Shown piece after piece: positions 1-12,800 of a stretch of DNA of 52,343 nucleotides (within the stretch, counting starts at the first letter, position 1; the number at the start of each line of letters is the position of its first letter). This DNA is from Catajapyx aquilonaris. Lineage: Eukaryota. Location of the stretch: assembly GCA_000934665.2 (NCBI GenBank), contig KZ538868.1, forward strand, positions 186,001 through 238,343. Direction: 5' to 3'. The notes below the pieces were generated by a model. The model saw nothing but the letters and a program-made list of their open reading frames with translations, was not told the DNA's origin and ran no database searches. The position numbers were made by a program, and so were the translations under genes.

Positions 1-761
1 CCCCTTAATTCTGCACATTTTCACTTGCTGAAGGAAGTTAGTCACCGTGTATATACAGGGAGCGACAGTGTAGGTTCAGTCAGTCTCCATGTAAAATGAC
101 CATGTGTTGAATAGTGATAGTAAAATAGGAAATGTCAGTGGCTATAGATGCGTGGCAACCTGTTCCCAGAACCACTGCATTCTGGTCGTGCCTGTGCTTG
201 GGAGAGGAATTGTTAATTGAGAGCTCCTTTTTGTACCGGTATATCAAAAGCGGTCCATTAGACGGAATTTTCTCTAGCGATCAGGAAAACATGGTTTTAT
301 TTTACGGCCCCAGTTACATCAGAGGACCTACATCTACATGCCTTGGAGACCTCGAAAAATTACCTCTGGAAAGCCCATCTAAACGACATTGAGGAGGGCA
401 TCTTCAAGCGGACGGGAATCTGCGTCCCCCAGACCCCAGCTAGATTTGCTTCGCTATCAGCACCGAGGTAAGCAACGTAGAAGTTGGTAACGACGTTGTT
501 AAAGAATTAAATGTCATTGTTATTGGAGACATGCGATGCGAGTATCGTCAGAAAGGAATATGTACAACCGGCCGCACCGTTACCTTGACTAAATAATTAT
601 GTCCCATACATAACGGATATGGAATTTACAGGATTTGTCCTAAGCATATTATGTTGATTTAGGTCTTTAAAAACTACTATGTTGTGTTAATTTTGAGTTA
701 ACACCTAATGCCGACCAACAATAATTCATTTAGTCTATTTCATTTGGAAGTCCAGAGAGTG

Positions 762-2799
762 TCAGAGTTCTTTATCTGCTTTCTTAGGAGAAGGCTGTTT
801 CGGTTTGGGTTGTTGACCCGCAGCCTTCCAGTCCTCCTTGATCATATCTGCGGCCTTCTCTGCGATCATGATGGCCGGAGCGTTGGTGTTTCCACTGACC
901 ACCTCGGGCATGACGGAGGCGTCGACCACCCTGAGTCCCTCGACGCCCCTCACTCTTAGGCGGGGGTCCAGAACAGCCTCCTTGTCCGAATCCGGACCCA
1001 TCTTGCAGGTGCCCACGGGGTGGTAGAGGGTCATGGTGAACTGCCTGACGTAGCACTCCCAGAAGGAGTCTGTTCCGGGCTTGTGCTTCTCGCATCCGGG
1101 GAAAGGCCCCGTCCAGAGGGTGGCGTTGAGGGAGGACAGGGCTGGGGCCTCTCCCACCTTGGAGGACAACTGGATGCCCCTCAACAAGGTGGCGACGTCG
1201 TCCGGATGCTGGAGGTAGTTGGTCTGTATGTCAGGGTAGGCCTCCGGATCGTTGCTGGACAGACGGAGGTGACCGCGGCTCTTTGGATGCAGGAGTGCAG
1301 GAAAGACTATCCACGACTCGCGTCCAAAGTGTTGAGAGAATGACGACTGGTAGACCTGAGTGTCCAGACCGAATGGTGAGGGTCTTACCTCGCCCATCGC
1401 CAAGAACGACCCGCTCTGGAAATAGATCTGGATGTCTGGCCATTCCTTGTCCTTGTTCAGGTCCGTGCTGACGAAGGCAATGATCTCTACGCCTCCCGCT
1501 GAAGTCAGCAAGCCCTTGCCTCTCACCAGCCAGTTCTGAGAGGAACCACAATAGTGACGTCATTTGTGACTTATTAATCACACTACACCTACCCAAAAAC
1601 TTGAAATGGTGAGAGCATTCTTGGGGTTGGCGTCTATTTCAGCTTCGGTTAGGTAGATCATTGGTACCATAACGTGATCCTGCAAGTTGGCACCCACCCC
1701 TGGAGAGTGGTGCACCAAAGGAACCCCCACATCTTCCAGGTGATCCTTAGGGCCAACTCCTGACAGCAGCAGCAGTTGGGGAGATCCCACCGAGCCAGCA
1801 GACAGTATCACTTCCTTCCGGGCTCGAACAGTGCGAATGACCCCATCTTGTTTGTAGGAAACTCCGTACGCCTTCTTGTCCTTGGCTGAAATAAACCAAA
1901 GCGTTTTGTATTATAATTATCATCACCACAGCAGCTGTTTGCCAAGTGTATCACAATAACTGACGGCACTTACTATTGATCAGGACCTTGTGAACCGTGG
2001 CAAAGGTGGCCACGTGTAGGTTGGGCCTCAGACTGCCCCAAACTGGTGCAAGAAAGGCCTTGTCGGTGTCGCATCTGCCTCCGTCCCTGGTGGTGGTCTG
2101 GGCTGGCGTGAACCCGACCTGGTGCCGTCCATTGATGTCCCTTACCGAGTACCCCATCTCCTTTCCGGCCTGCAGGAACCTCCTGGCCATCTCCGACTTG
2201 TCTACCGTCTCCACGGTCAGAGGACCCACAGTCCCGTGGAAGTACTCGTGGTCGTCCTTCTCCAGCGGAGGGGAGTCGGCGGGGGGTCGTCGCCACCCCT
2301 CCGCCTTCTTGAAGTATCGCAGTGCCTCGGAGTATCCCCATCCGGTGTTGCCCAGGGACTCCCATCGGTCGTAGTCCCTGCGATTCCCCCTGACGTACAG
2401 CATGTAGTTGAGCAGACTGGAGCCTCCCAGCCCCTTTCCTCTGGGCCAGAAGGAGCGTCGTCCGGCCATGGCCCCGCAGGTGTCCTCCGGACAGCGGGCG
2501 TAGTAGGCAAAGTCCAGCGGGCTGTGCTGGACCATGAAGGCGGTGTAGGGGATGCGACAGGAGAGCCAGGCGACAGGTCCTGCGCTATGTGCGGGCCCTC
2601 CTGCGTCCAGCACCAGGACGGACCACTTGGAGTTCTCCGAGAGTCTCCTGGCCATGACGGCCCCTGCACTGCCCGCTCCCACCACCACGAAGTCGTACTC
2701 GTCCATCACTGGGTCCCCGAATGTTCCCCCTGCCGAGGACCACCACCACCACATCCAGGCCACCGTCAGGGCCACCGTCGCCGTCCTCCACCCTACCAT
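762..2799 (-). CDS. GMC oxidoreductase (glucose dehydrogenase-like) GMC1, ~630 aa, signal peptide, C-terminal DKEL
   Basis: Exons 2799-1974, 1885-1593, 1535-762 joined by GT-AG introns in matching phase (1, 0); 1893 nt. Motifs: [11 protein letters not shown] (FAD Rossmann fold), [49 protein letters not shown] (catalytic His), VSGNTNAP (Asn). Confidence 0.95.
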
Positions 2800-3273
2800 C
2801 CTCAGGCGGTGATGGTGCTGCTGTTTGCTCTCTCTCTTTCTCTCTCGGGATCAGCTGGAGGAAGGTGTGCTCTCACTCTTCGGTACTGAGCCAGAAAAGT
2901 AGTCCGCAGTGGGAAGGAAAAAGATACTCTTCCGACGATAAAATATGGAATTACAGCATTTTGCAAGGGCTCCCACTATTAGTCGATATAAATTTAACGT
3001 ACCGCATTGCCACACGTACTCAGTGGAAAGCGAATTATTGATGTACAGCGATCAACTACGGCGGTTATTCTGCCAGAATTGCCCATGTAATCCTACTCAG
3101 GGTGGGATGCCTGATCTAGGGGAGTTTGCTCAAATAGACTATTGTATGCGCCGTGGTATTTGCTATAACATTAAAAATCTATAATGCGGTGCCATTTCAC
3201 ACCATGTATTAAGAGGTAGGCTATACTTCGATTTTCAGACGGAATCTGGGACATTCTATTCTCATACAAGTAT

Positions 3274-3372
3274 ACAGCTGAATCCGGATAAACCAGACTT
3301 CAAGGAACCGCGGAAATCCGTGTTATAACCATGGTCAGTTTTATCCGATGATGTTATCCGGATTCAACTCTG
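3274..3372. mobile_element. Very short MITE-like inverted-repeat element
   Basis: TA-CAGCTGAATCCGGATAAAC on the left pairs with GTTATCCGGATTCAACTCTG ~80 nt downstream. CAG terminus after TA is Tc1/mariner/pogo-like. Confidence 0.4.
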
Positions 3373-4635
3373 CTTACTAGAATGAGAAGGGAAAACCACT
3401 ATACTGTGATCGAACCCAGGTTCTATACTCTTCACGTGATAATCACACAACGTCACATTATTATTAATTTCGACTTTAAATGCACATCTAGTCAGATTAG
3501 CCTAATGCATACGACTCAGACTGGAAGCAGTCCGCAAAAATACACGGTCGGAAAATAATGCCTTTTTTCTGTCCCGATCGTTGTAATAAGTCACTCACCT
3601 CCACCTGAATCATAGATTGCGTATGCTTGTCATTTGTAGGATTGCATCTGGAGCCTAATAAGAGATTACAAATTGCAGCCGCCTGACATGAAAATCCTAC
3701 TTGATGACTTTGGCTTGTCTGTGAGTCTGTCTAATAACGATGATTTAGGGGTGACATCTTGCTCAAGTATAATAATTATGGATCCTATGTTGCTTTGCAA
3801 TTGTGATGACGTCATTGTTTGAAGAAAAATACAGCCCTAGACTGTACATTTGCCCCTTAATCCGATTGGTCTAGGTGGCGCAGTTCGTTCCTCAGCAGGC
3901 CCAGTCCTGTATAAAGTGCCAGTGGTCACTGTGGACAGGCAAGTGTGGCTATTGCCTGCAATAATTGCCATCAGATAGTTCTCTCACAGATATTGCGCAA
4001 GACCAGAAGCGTTTGTGGAGCCGGCTCTTGGAAGCGACCTCTTACCTCATTTAGAGTTCCGAACATACTCTGCCGTCTCGTTCAACCAACCTCCCCTGTA
4101 TTTATTGAAAAACACAGATTGTGTTGCCGTTGCCAACAGAGTGCAGCTGAAGTGATTTATTGCCAAACCTTACTGATCCCCTTTTTTACAAAATAAAATT
4201 ATTTAAGATAACTGTAACATGCAAAATAGAAGCATGCACGCAGAACTATAGCAGATATAACTATTAATTAATAGTGTTTCCATTTGTTGCCAGTATGCTT
4301 CATTTTAATGCAAAATTAATCTCTTAGGAGCGAACCATTTCTCGTGGCCAAATGAATATTGAATCCATAAAAAATTGAAGTGGTCGAGGAAGGGGTTTAG
4401 ATGAAGTAAGCTGCACAAAGGGATTAAGTTAAGTAGAGGATTAAAACTCATTAAAATTAATTGTTTGGCTAGGCTGTTTTTAATATAATGCACTATCGCT
4501 ACTGCAGATTACCTTTGCTTTACTTTTCGACATACGATGTATGCAGTAGGAGGTAGTGTAATTTAATAATAGTAAAATAATTTTCAATCATGAAATGGGA
4601 ATTTATTCTCAATTATCTATGGAATGCAAATAACA

Positions 4636-6803
4636 CTAGAGTTCCACTTTGTCTGATGAGTGATGTTTGGGTTGCGCAGAGGACTCCATGTTCCAGTCTT
4701 CTTTAATCAAATCAGAAGCTTTTTCTCCTATCATAATGGAAGGAGCATTGGTATTTCCACTGACTAACGTGGGCATGATGGATGCATCTGCTACTCTCAA
4801 GCCCTTGATCCCCCTCACCCTGAGGCGCGAGTCTACCACTGATTCCGGATCTGAATCAGGACCCATTTTGCATGTTCCCGCTGGATGGTACAGTGTTATT
4901 GTCAAGTGTCGCAGGTAGCACTCCCAGAATGCCTCCGAACCTACTTGATCCTCAAAACCCTCACAGCCTGGAAGTGGTCCTGACCAGAGTTTGGACTCAA
5001 ATCCATCCTGCAGGGCTTTAGTGCGAGAAAGGCGGTGCACTAAAACACCTGCTTGAATCATATCATCTAGATCTTGTTGGTGACTGTAATAATTTGGATA
5101 GATTTTCGGATAGGCTTCTGGATCCTTGCTGGACAACTCTATGCTGCCTCGGCTACGGGGTCGGAGGAGAGTGGCCAGGGTGGTCCATGAGTCTTGACCA
5201 AGGGCAGGTCCAAATGCTTTGATGAAATTTTCCGCGGTCAAACCAAATGGTGGTTGAAGATCTTCTCTTATCTCCGCGTCAGAGAAGAACGTACGGGACA
5301 AGAAGTGTATCTGTATATCTGGGTAGTCTTCTGATTCGTGCCCTCCAACAGCTCTTTTAGTGTCCACAAAGCCAATTGCTTCCAGAGCGCATGGGATGGA
5401 CAGAGGTCCCGTTCCATTCGTCAGCCATTTCTAAGACAGTAAGAGGAACAATATTATTAATGAACAATATTATTTGCAGGAATATGCGCTTTGCTTATAT
5501 GCACAGACATTGACGTAACACCACTGGTTACTTTTGCCAATTATTAGTCGCATGTTGCAAATTACTAAACATTTAACTTCTGTGCTAAATAAGTATGTAG
5601 GCCTACTAAACATCTCGATATTCTAAAGATATTGATCTAAAATGTTGCTTTAGATTCTTTCAATGCCCTTGTTTTTTGATGAATAATTTGTGATATTATC
5701 AGGCTATAGGAGAAAAATTCTTTGCACAACAACATACTAAGTTACCTGTTACGTACCTCAACATTCAGCTGGGTGAAAACTCGAGCATCATTCACGGCAA
5801 CATTCTCCTTCACAACAAAATTGATGGGCGCGGCCACATGATCTTGAAGGTTTTGGCCGACTCCTGGTAGGTGAACAGCAACTGGGACGCCCATGTCCTG
5901 CAGGTGCTTCTCAGGCCCAATCCCGGACAGCAGCAAGAGGTGAGGTGAACCCACAGCGCCAGCAGACAGCACTATTTCCTTTCTGGCCGTGACCCTCCTG
6001 ATCTGTCCATCCCGCTTGAATTCCACCCCAACTGCCCGTCCCTGCTCCAGAATCACCCTATGGACCTGGGAGTGAGGGCTGATCCTGAGGTTGCGTCTGC
6101 CCTTGATGGGCTCCAAAAAGGCCTTAGCTGTGCTCCACCTGACTCCATTCCTGGTGGTGCACTGGTTCACCATGAATCCCGTTTGGTGCTCCCCGTTGCA
6201 GTCCCTGATGGGATACCCCATCTCCTGCCCGGCTTCCAGGTACGCCTCCAGCAGTGGAGTCTGCTCCTGTGGGTGCTCGACGGTGAGGTACCCTCCTTTA
6301 CCATGGTAAGGCGAGTCTGCCAGGTCTGGCGCCCGGTTGTCCTCCGATTTCTTGAAGTAGGGCAGGACATTTTCGTAGCTCCAACCGGGGTTTCCCAGGG
6401 ATGCCCAGTGGTCGTAGTCGTGTCTGTTGCCTCGGATGTACACCATGCAGTTGAGCACACTGCTGCCTCCCAGGACCTTTCCTCTTGGCCAGAAGGACCG
6501 GCCGTCCTTCATGGACAGGCAGTTCTTACCGTCTGATTCGGCGTAGAACTGCCAGTCCATGTCCGTCTGCATGGTGCGGCCGAAGAAGTAAGGGAGGGAA
6601 GAGATAGCCGATGCTTCTCCGCCTGCTTCCAGAAGAAGGACGGACCAATCTGGATTCTCCGAGAGACGGTTGGCCACCACTGCCCCCGCTGAACCAGCAC
6701 CCACCACTATGAAGTCATACTCGTCCTGGTCGGCAAGAACCGCGCCGCACCAACATGAGACGGTCAACACCAAGAAAGACAGCACTGACGATGACCGAAC
6801 CAT
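4636..6803 (-). CDS. GMC oxidoreductase GMC2, ~613 aa, signal peptide, C-terminal KVEL
   Basis: Exons 6803-5757 and 5430-4636, phase-0 GT-AG intron (...[14 protein letters not shown]...). All GMC motifs present, His/Asn pair. Start at [30 protein letters not shown] on minus strand at 4602-4607. Confidence 0.95.
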
Positions 6804-6906
6804 TATTGCCCGTTTTACCCTCCCTTGTTCCTTTTGCGGACTGACTCGTCGTGTTTGGCAGCTAAAACGCATAAGGATTGAAATGCAGGTCACTGGATTT
6901 CCTTTC

Positions 6907-6936
6907 ACTGATAGCTTGGTCAGACTTGTTTATATA
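6907..6936 (-). promoter_or_regulatory. Candidate core promoter of GMC2 (TATA plus Inr)
   Basis: Minus-strand TATATAAA at 6936-6929, followed about 27 nt downstream by TCAGT (arthropod initiator consensus, 6911-6907), ~105 nt before the ATG. Confidence 0.5.
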
Positions 6937-7289
6937 GGTCAGATTTGATATATCTAGGCCAAGATTGATTCACTGCCACGGGAGGTATTACGAAGCGATT
7001 TCCATTTGCAATCTGTGTAGCAAGTGCAGCTTGAATGCGTAATTGGCTGCTCAGTTTAAATAGACGTGAAGTGATGCTGTCATAAATGTCATAAATTGAT
7101 GGCTGATGTCACCTTCCTTGCCGCAATATCGGAGGCACAATATTGTTGACCATCAATCTGAAATTTTGAGAAGATGCATGCAATAAATATTATGGATCAG
7201 TTTGATATCAGTCACCTGCAATGTTATCTAGCACCGTCAGACTAAGTAATGAGTTTGATCACATCATCTCTACACCTCTGATGATAATA

Positions 7290-8016
7290 CAGGGTGGTCG
7301 AAAAATAATGCCTCGATTTTAAAACCATATAACTTGACAACTTGTAGCCATATCTTAATGATTTAAGTTTTGAAATGCTAAGTAAGGTCTAAAGTTTTGG
7401 TCTCACCTTAAGTATGTTTCGATATGAGATCCATTTGTCGCTCGGCAGATAAAAAAGACGGTATTCGATCTTGTGCCAAACTCGCTCAATTATATCTGGA
7501 GCTATACCGTTGCGATCTTATGCAGTAGGTCCTGGATATCCCGGATCTTTACACCACACATATTGCTCTTGATGATTTACCTAAAAAATCGCCTCATCCA
7601 TGAAACAAACCTGCCGTAGAAAGGTTTCATTTGTTTAGCCTCCCATCAGTGTGCAACGTCTTGAATGAGAAGTTTCCCAATGCCTAGCTCCCCCAGAAGC
7701 CCATATATTACCCCGATGAACATTTTTGTAAAGATACATGCACGGTGAAAAGATCCGGCATCTCCAGCACCTCAGGGATAGGATCACAATGGTGACTCCA
7801 AACATGTCTGACCGGGTTAGGCATGTCATCAATTAGACTATTAGAGTATTGACATTTTCTGAGCAACAAATGGAGTTCATTTCGAAAGAACCTATAGTAA
7901 GAGCAAAACCTTAGACCTTTCTTAGCATTTCAAAACTTAAATCATTAAGATAATTATGTCTACAAGTTTTAGAGTTATAGGGTTTCAGAATCGGGGCATC
8001 TTTTTCGACCACCCTG
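7290..8016 (-). mobile_element. Internally deleted, decayed Tc1/mariner DNA transposon
   Basis: ~110-bp imperfect TIRs starting CAGGGTGGTCGAAAAA (7290 onward; reverse complement ending 8016). TA on the left flank, CA on the right. Minus-strand transposase remnants: FLRQVCFMDEAIF (first catalytic Asp motif) and IAPDIIERVWHKIEYRL..CRATNGSHIE (typical C-terminus), with stops and frameshifts. Confidence 0.85.
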
Positions 8017-8032
8017 CATTTTGCAGCATATA

Positions 8033-8434
8033 CAGTGCGATCAAATTTTTATCCTACTGATGTTGCAATCTTTGTACTAAGCTGCATGTTATTAAGCAGT
8101 TATCCTTGCACAGTTAACATTTAGTGGTTCCATCATCAAAGGGATTAACTGGTAATAATTATTAGGCCTGCTTGAATCATATATCCAAGCTCTGAATTCC
8201 AATGAACTTCCTATTTCAAATAACGCCCATTGGAACGATATTATCATTAAAGCTGAATGACAGAATCAATTTTTGCAGGCTTTAAGCAGAATTGGTAGGC
8301 ATACACAACACTCTACTCTTAATAGCTAATATTTTGATACCCATTAAATTGACTGCAAGAGTAACTGCTTAATAATGAAGCTTAGTGCGAAAAAAATCGC
8401 AACAGCAATCGAGCAATTATTTTGAATCACCCTG
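8033..8434. mobile_element. Old MITE, Tc1/mariner-type ends
   Basis: TA-CAG...CTG-TA boundaries. ~85-bp degenerate inverted arms share CTAAGCT and TTATTAAGCAGTTA..CTTGCA blocks. No coding remnants recognised. Confidence 0.6.
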
Positions 8435-9401
8435 TAGGCTATAGCTAGTACCGTATGCTCTTATATTACGACAAATACAGTAGACTATATCTACAAGTAG
8501 GGACTGCATTAAAACTAGAGGCCTCTTTTGCCGTGTACTGCCCAGTCCAGAGCACTGCTAGGCATTACTGCGACTGCTGTATAATGAACGGTTTTTTTGA
8601 GATCTAATTGAGGGCACTGATAAGCAGTTACCATAAAGAGGGCAAGCAGGAGCACAATAATAATTATTGTGTAGCTTGCATTGATCGTTCCAGTTTTTTA
8701 CATTCACTAATTACGAAATCTCTTCAAGTATGGAAACAAAATAAGGCGGAAATATGACAAGAAAGAGTAATTACGCGTACATTATTTGGAATCATGATCT
8801 TAGTAGAAAAGTGACACTCTACAAACCTCGCAGTAGTTGTAGCGCAGGTGTAGCTCAGTAAGCTCGCACACTTACGACAGCCAGCAGTCCTTGGATAGCA
8901 CTCCTGTTCTAGCTATAAGGTATGGACGACCTGTACGCAAGAATAGTGCCGTTTCTCACTGGGTTCATTGATATGTGAAGCGTGTAGTCTAATCAACCAT
9001 ATAAGGTTTATCCTGGTAGCGGTCAGTCAAGGTGACTACTAACGAGAAACTACAGTACGAGAGCCCCAGGATGATGCGTAGTAGTCAAACATTTGGCAAA
9101 AAAAAGTTGCACTGCAACTAACACTGGGTATAAAAAATCTGTGCACCAAAAAACTCGTAATCGCGCTGGCATAGGCCGACTTGAGCAAATAACAGTGAAG
9201 AATGAGCTCAAAAGCATGCAACAAAAAAAAAACCCTGCACTTCAAAGGGAGAATATTTCGCTCAAACAATGCGTTCACTAAGGACGGCTGATGTGTGTAT
9301 TATATAGTGACCCCCTTCTGCCTCGTCTCGTATGCTGAAATATTACAGACGTATAACGTGTGACCTTCCAGTTATCATACGACTGTAATTATTATGCCAA
9401 A

Positions 9402-9748
9402 GGGAGGCGAGGTGGTGCTGCGGTAACGTATGCGCCCACGGATGTTAAGGTCCCGGGTTCGATTCCAGCCCGGGGACACCCCCTTATCATCTCGTGCAGA
9501 GTTGGGTCGTCTCTGATGGCTTCGTCTCGGGTGGAATTTCCATAGACTAATCCACCCGGGGGAGATCACAAAATTACATTAGCAACGACATTACACTGCA
9601 CCTTGCACATCCCCTCACTGTCATCCCGCCCGTGGGTCCGGGCGTTTCGCAAATGGTTCCAATATGTACGGGTACGAAGATTAACAACAATAAACGTCCG
9701 TGCAAGATACCGAAAAGGTGAAGCACCACGATGATGATGATGATGAAG

Positions 9749-9820
<72 letters not shown>
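9402..9820 (+). mobile_element. tRNA-derived SINE with (GAT)n(ATT)n tail
   Basis: Pol III A-box TGGTGCTGCGG at 9413-9423 and B-box GGTTCGATTCC at 9456-9466, an unrelated body, then a microsatellite tail. Flanks ATTATTATGCCAA (9388-9400) and ATTATTATGTCAA (9815-9827) resemble a target-site duplication. Confidence 0.7.
9730..9820 (+). repeat. (GAT)5 plus (ATT)24 microsatellite
   Basis: Perfect trinucleotide runs directly visible. Confidence 0.95.
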
Positions 9821-9822
<2 letters not shown>

Positions 9823-9863
9823 GTCAATAGGAAGAAGTGCAGTATGATTTGCTGTCAAGTTTA

Positions 9864-12800
9864 TTACAATTCTTCTTTGATATGTGATGTTGGGGGGCCA
9901 GGCTTTCCCCAATCCTGCTTGATGAGATCCGATGCCTTCTCGGCCACCATAATGACAGCCGCGTTGATGGGTGCGCTGGGCAGCGTGGGCATCACGGAAG
10001 CGTCCACCACCCTGAGTCCCTGTATGCCCCTCACCCTCAGCCTGCTGTCGACCACCGCTTCTGGGTCATCTTCTGGGCCCATCTTGCATGTGCCCGCCGG
10101 GTGGTACAGGGTCTTGGTGAAGTGCCTCACGTAGCACTCCCAGAAGGGCAGAGAGCCCATCTGGAATTGCTCGCATCCCGGGAGTGGACCTGGCCAGAAG
10201 GAGGACTCGTACTCACTCTGCAAGGGCTGAGTCTTGGAGATGGCCACACCCAGACGAGCACCTCGGGTCAGGACTGTCGTGTCCTGCGGGTGGACCAAGT
10301 AGTTGGGACGGATGACCGGGTGGGATTGGGGGTCTGAACTGGACAGCTCCAGGGAACCCCTGCTCTTGGGTCGCAGCAGGGTCACCATCATCATCCACGA
10401 ATCTCGGCCGATCACAGGGCCATAGGCGGACAGGAAGGCCTCCTTCGAAAATCCGTATGGCGGGATGGGATTCTCGCCAACAGACTTCTCCGAAAATAAG
10501 GACTTGGATCCTATCATCAGCTGGATGTCGGGATAGTCCTCGTTGTCATAGTCTTCAGGTCTGGCGATGGGCTCACCGTTGCTGTAGAGATCCAGATGGC
10601 GGTGGGTATTTACAAATGCCATAGCTTCTACCGAGCAGGGACTGGAAATTGGGCCTGTTCCATTGGTCAGCCATCTCTGAAAATTATAAGAAAATTAATG
10701 CAGTGTGTTGAGCTATTGTGGGCGGTTTTCAAGTACCGGTACTCTATTCAAAAATTGTGTTGTTAAGTGGCTGCGTATTAGCGTAATTAAATTATGTTCT
10801 AAAAAAGAATACTGAAATAATTATGGAGTGCAGTTGAGCTCAATGGCCAGGCGCTCTCGAGACGTTGTCACAATGACATGCAGGCTCGACTCGGCCATAG
10901 CAGTAAATGAGTCATTTCTACGTGATATAATGAAGAAATAAATAATTATCATTTTATAATAAATGTTTCATGCTGTACAGCGTTATGCCATTCTATTCTG
11001 TGTACTCTAGAATTCTAGATCAATGGTAAAATTGTGAGAACATAAAACCGAAGGGAAAACCATGTGATTTACCATGGAGCATAATTATACAGCTCCAAGA
11101 TGTACTGTACTCTGCATGACTAATATATTGAGAAAGTTATTCTCATTAATGTAACATATTATCTAGTATAGTATTTAAACCTACCATGTAGAGCATGCAT
11201 CAACTGTACAGCATCAAATTTACTGCATCAGTAATTGTGCAAATTAGAGTATGTACATAATAATGCAACATACTGTATAATATGTTCATGTCATATACAT
11301 AATCAATTATTATTATCAGCGGACTTTTGAAAATCATGTTACAGGCACTATATGCGCTTTGATGCGCTTGTAGTGACTTAATTTTCCTCATACACTTGCC
11401 CTTCATACTGTGACAAGGGAGTACGTCTTCTTGTCTGGCTCCTGTCTATATTCCAATAGAACCTTGGTTAAACGGAGTATTGTCAGATCCACGGTCACAT
11501 CCATAATATTACAGATTAATGCTGGCTTTGTCCTCTTCAGTGTTTTAGAAGACATTAAAGTATTGATTATGCAAGTCAGTGTCGACTCCTTTCTCTAATT
11601 TGAGAAAGGTTGGAATCTTGAACAGCAGCCCACAAGTGTGGGGTGAAGAAGAATACCGCAGTTAGTTTGGGATGAATCATAAATGAAGTGTGGTAAGTCT
11701 ACATCTCTGGAACTTGAAGGCCTTCCTCACAGGATTATGGAGCAGGGATTTCAGTAGCGGGGAAGCAATGTTATTGGCCCTGCATGAATTTCACGAGAAT
11801 GATTATATACTGGGTCTTTATGTCAAATGGCATTTGTATATGTAATCATCCAATTATAAATCCTTGACCTCCAATTCGTTCGTTACTCGGTATAAGAACA
11901 AGGGGGTGGTCTTATAAAATTAATACGAGGATGCTGAAAGGCATTAGACAAGAAGTTAAATGACGATTTCTCGGAGCGACAGCTGATTATTCCATTTCTT
12001 CAAGAAGTCTGAAGAAAGAAAGATAAGACTTGTCTGAAGGTGGATTGTCTGGTAGCAATAAACTCAGATGTTGTTAAAATATAACCTGAACAGGTAAGTG
12101 CAGTGTGAACAGGTAACACAACAGCAACCCATTTTCATCCTAAAGACACTTACCTCTAAGTTTAATTGTGTCACAACCCTTGCGTCATTCATGGTCACGT
12201 CCTTCTTGACAAGAAAAGGGAGCGCAGTGGACACATGATCCTGGAGGTTTTGTCCCACTCCTGACAAGTGAACCTCAACAGGTACGCCCTTATCTTCGAG
12301 GTGCCTTTCAGGACCAATACCAGACAACATCAACAAGTGAGGAGAACCCAACGCTCCTGCAGACAAAATCACTTCCTTCCGGGCTGTCACCACCTTCAGT
12401 TGTCCGTCATGCTTGAGCTCAACACCAACGGCCTTTCCCTCCTCAAGAAGCACCCTGTGGACATGCGCCCTAGTGATCACCTTCAGGTTAGGCCTTCCTC
12501 TGACTGGACGGAGAAATGCTCGGGACGTGTCCCATCTCACCCCTTTCTTAGTGTTGCACGGGGCCACGGTGAATCCCGTCTGTTTTTCTCCGTTGCTGTC
12601 CCTCACCTCGTACCCCATTGCTTGACCCGCTGCCAGGTATGCATCCAACAAGGGTGTCTTGTAGGACGGGTTCTCCACAGCCAGGTATCCTCCTGCTCCG
12701 TGGTATGGAGAGTCAACCAGCCCCGGCACCAGCATGTCTTCTGATTTCTTAAAGTAAGGCAGGACGTCGTCATACCCCCAGCCCGAGTTACCCAGGGATG

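Noticed and set aside
2122..2889. Long antisense or alternative-frame ORFs over GMC exons (e.g. 2122-2889, 6060-6536, 26332-26997, 28467-29204)
   Set aside because: Shadows of GC-rich, codon-biased coding sequence; no independent motifs or splice structure.
5742..6908. ORF-track starts and ends for GMC exon 1 (upstream GTG/TTG starts, read-through tails such as EVRNR)
   Set aside because: Eukaryotic gene: the true starts are the ATGs before the signal peptides, and the tails run into introns. The split ORFs are exons, not two-gene modules or pseudogenes.
9402..9480. Functional tRNA gene
   Set aside because: A and B boxes are present, but I could not fold a good acceptor or anticodon stem; it continues into a body and microsatellite tail typical of a SINE.
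9574..10134. Poly-Ile and poly-Tyr ORFs
   Set aside because: Translations of the (ATT)n microsatellite.
10830..10900. Degenerate A/B-box-like segment in the GMC3 intron
   Set aside because: Too decayed to call; no tail or target duplication seen.
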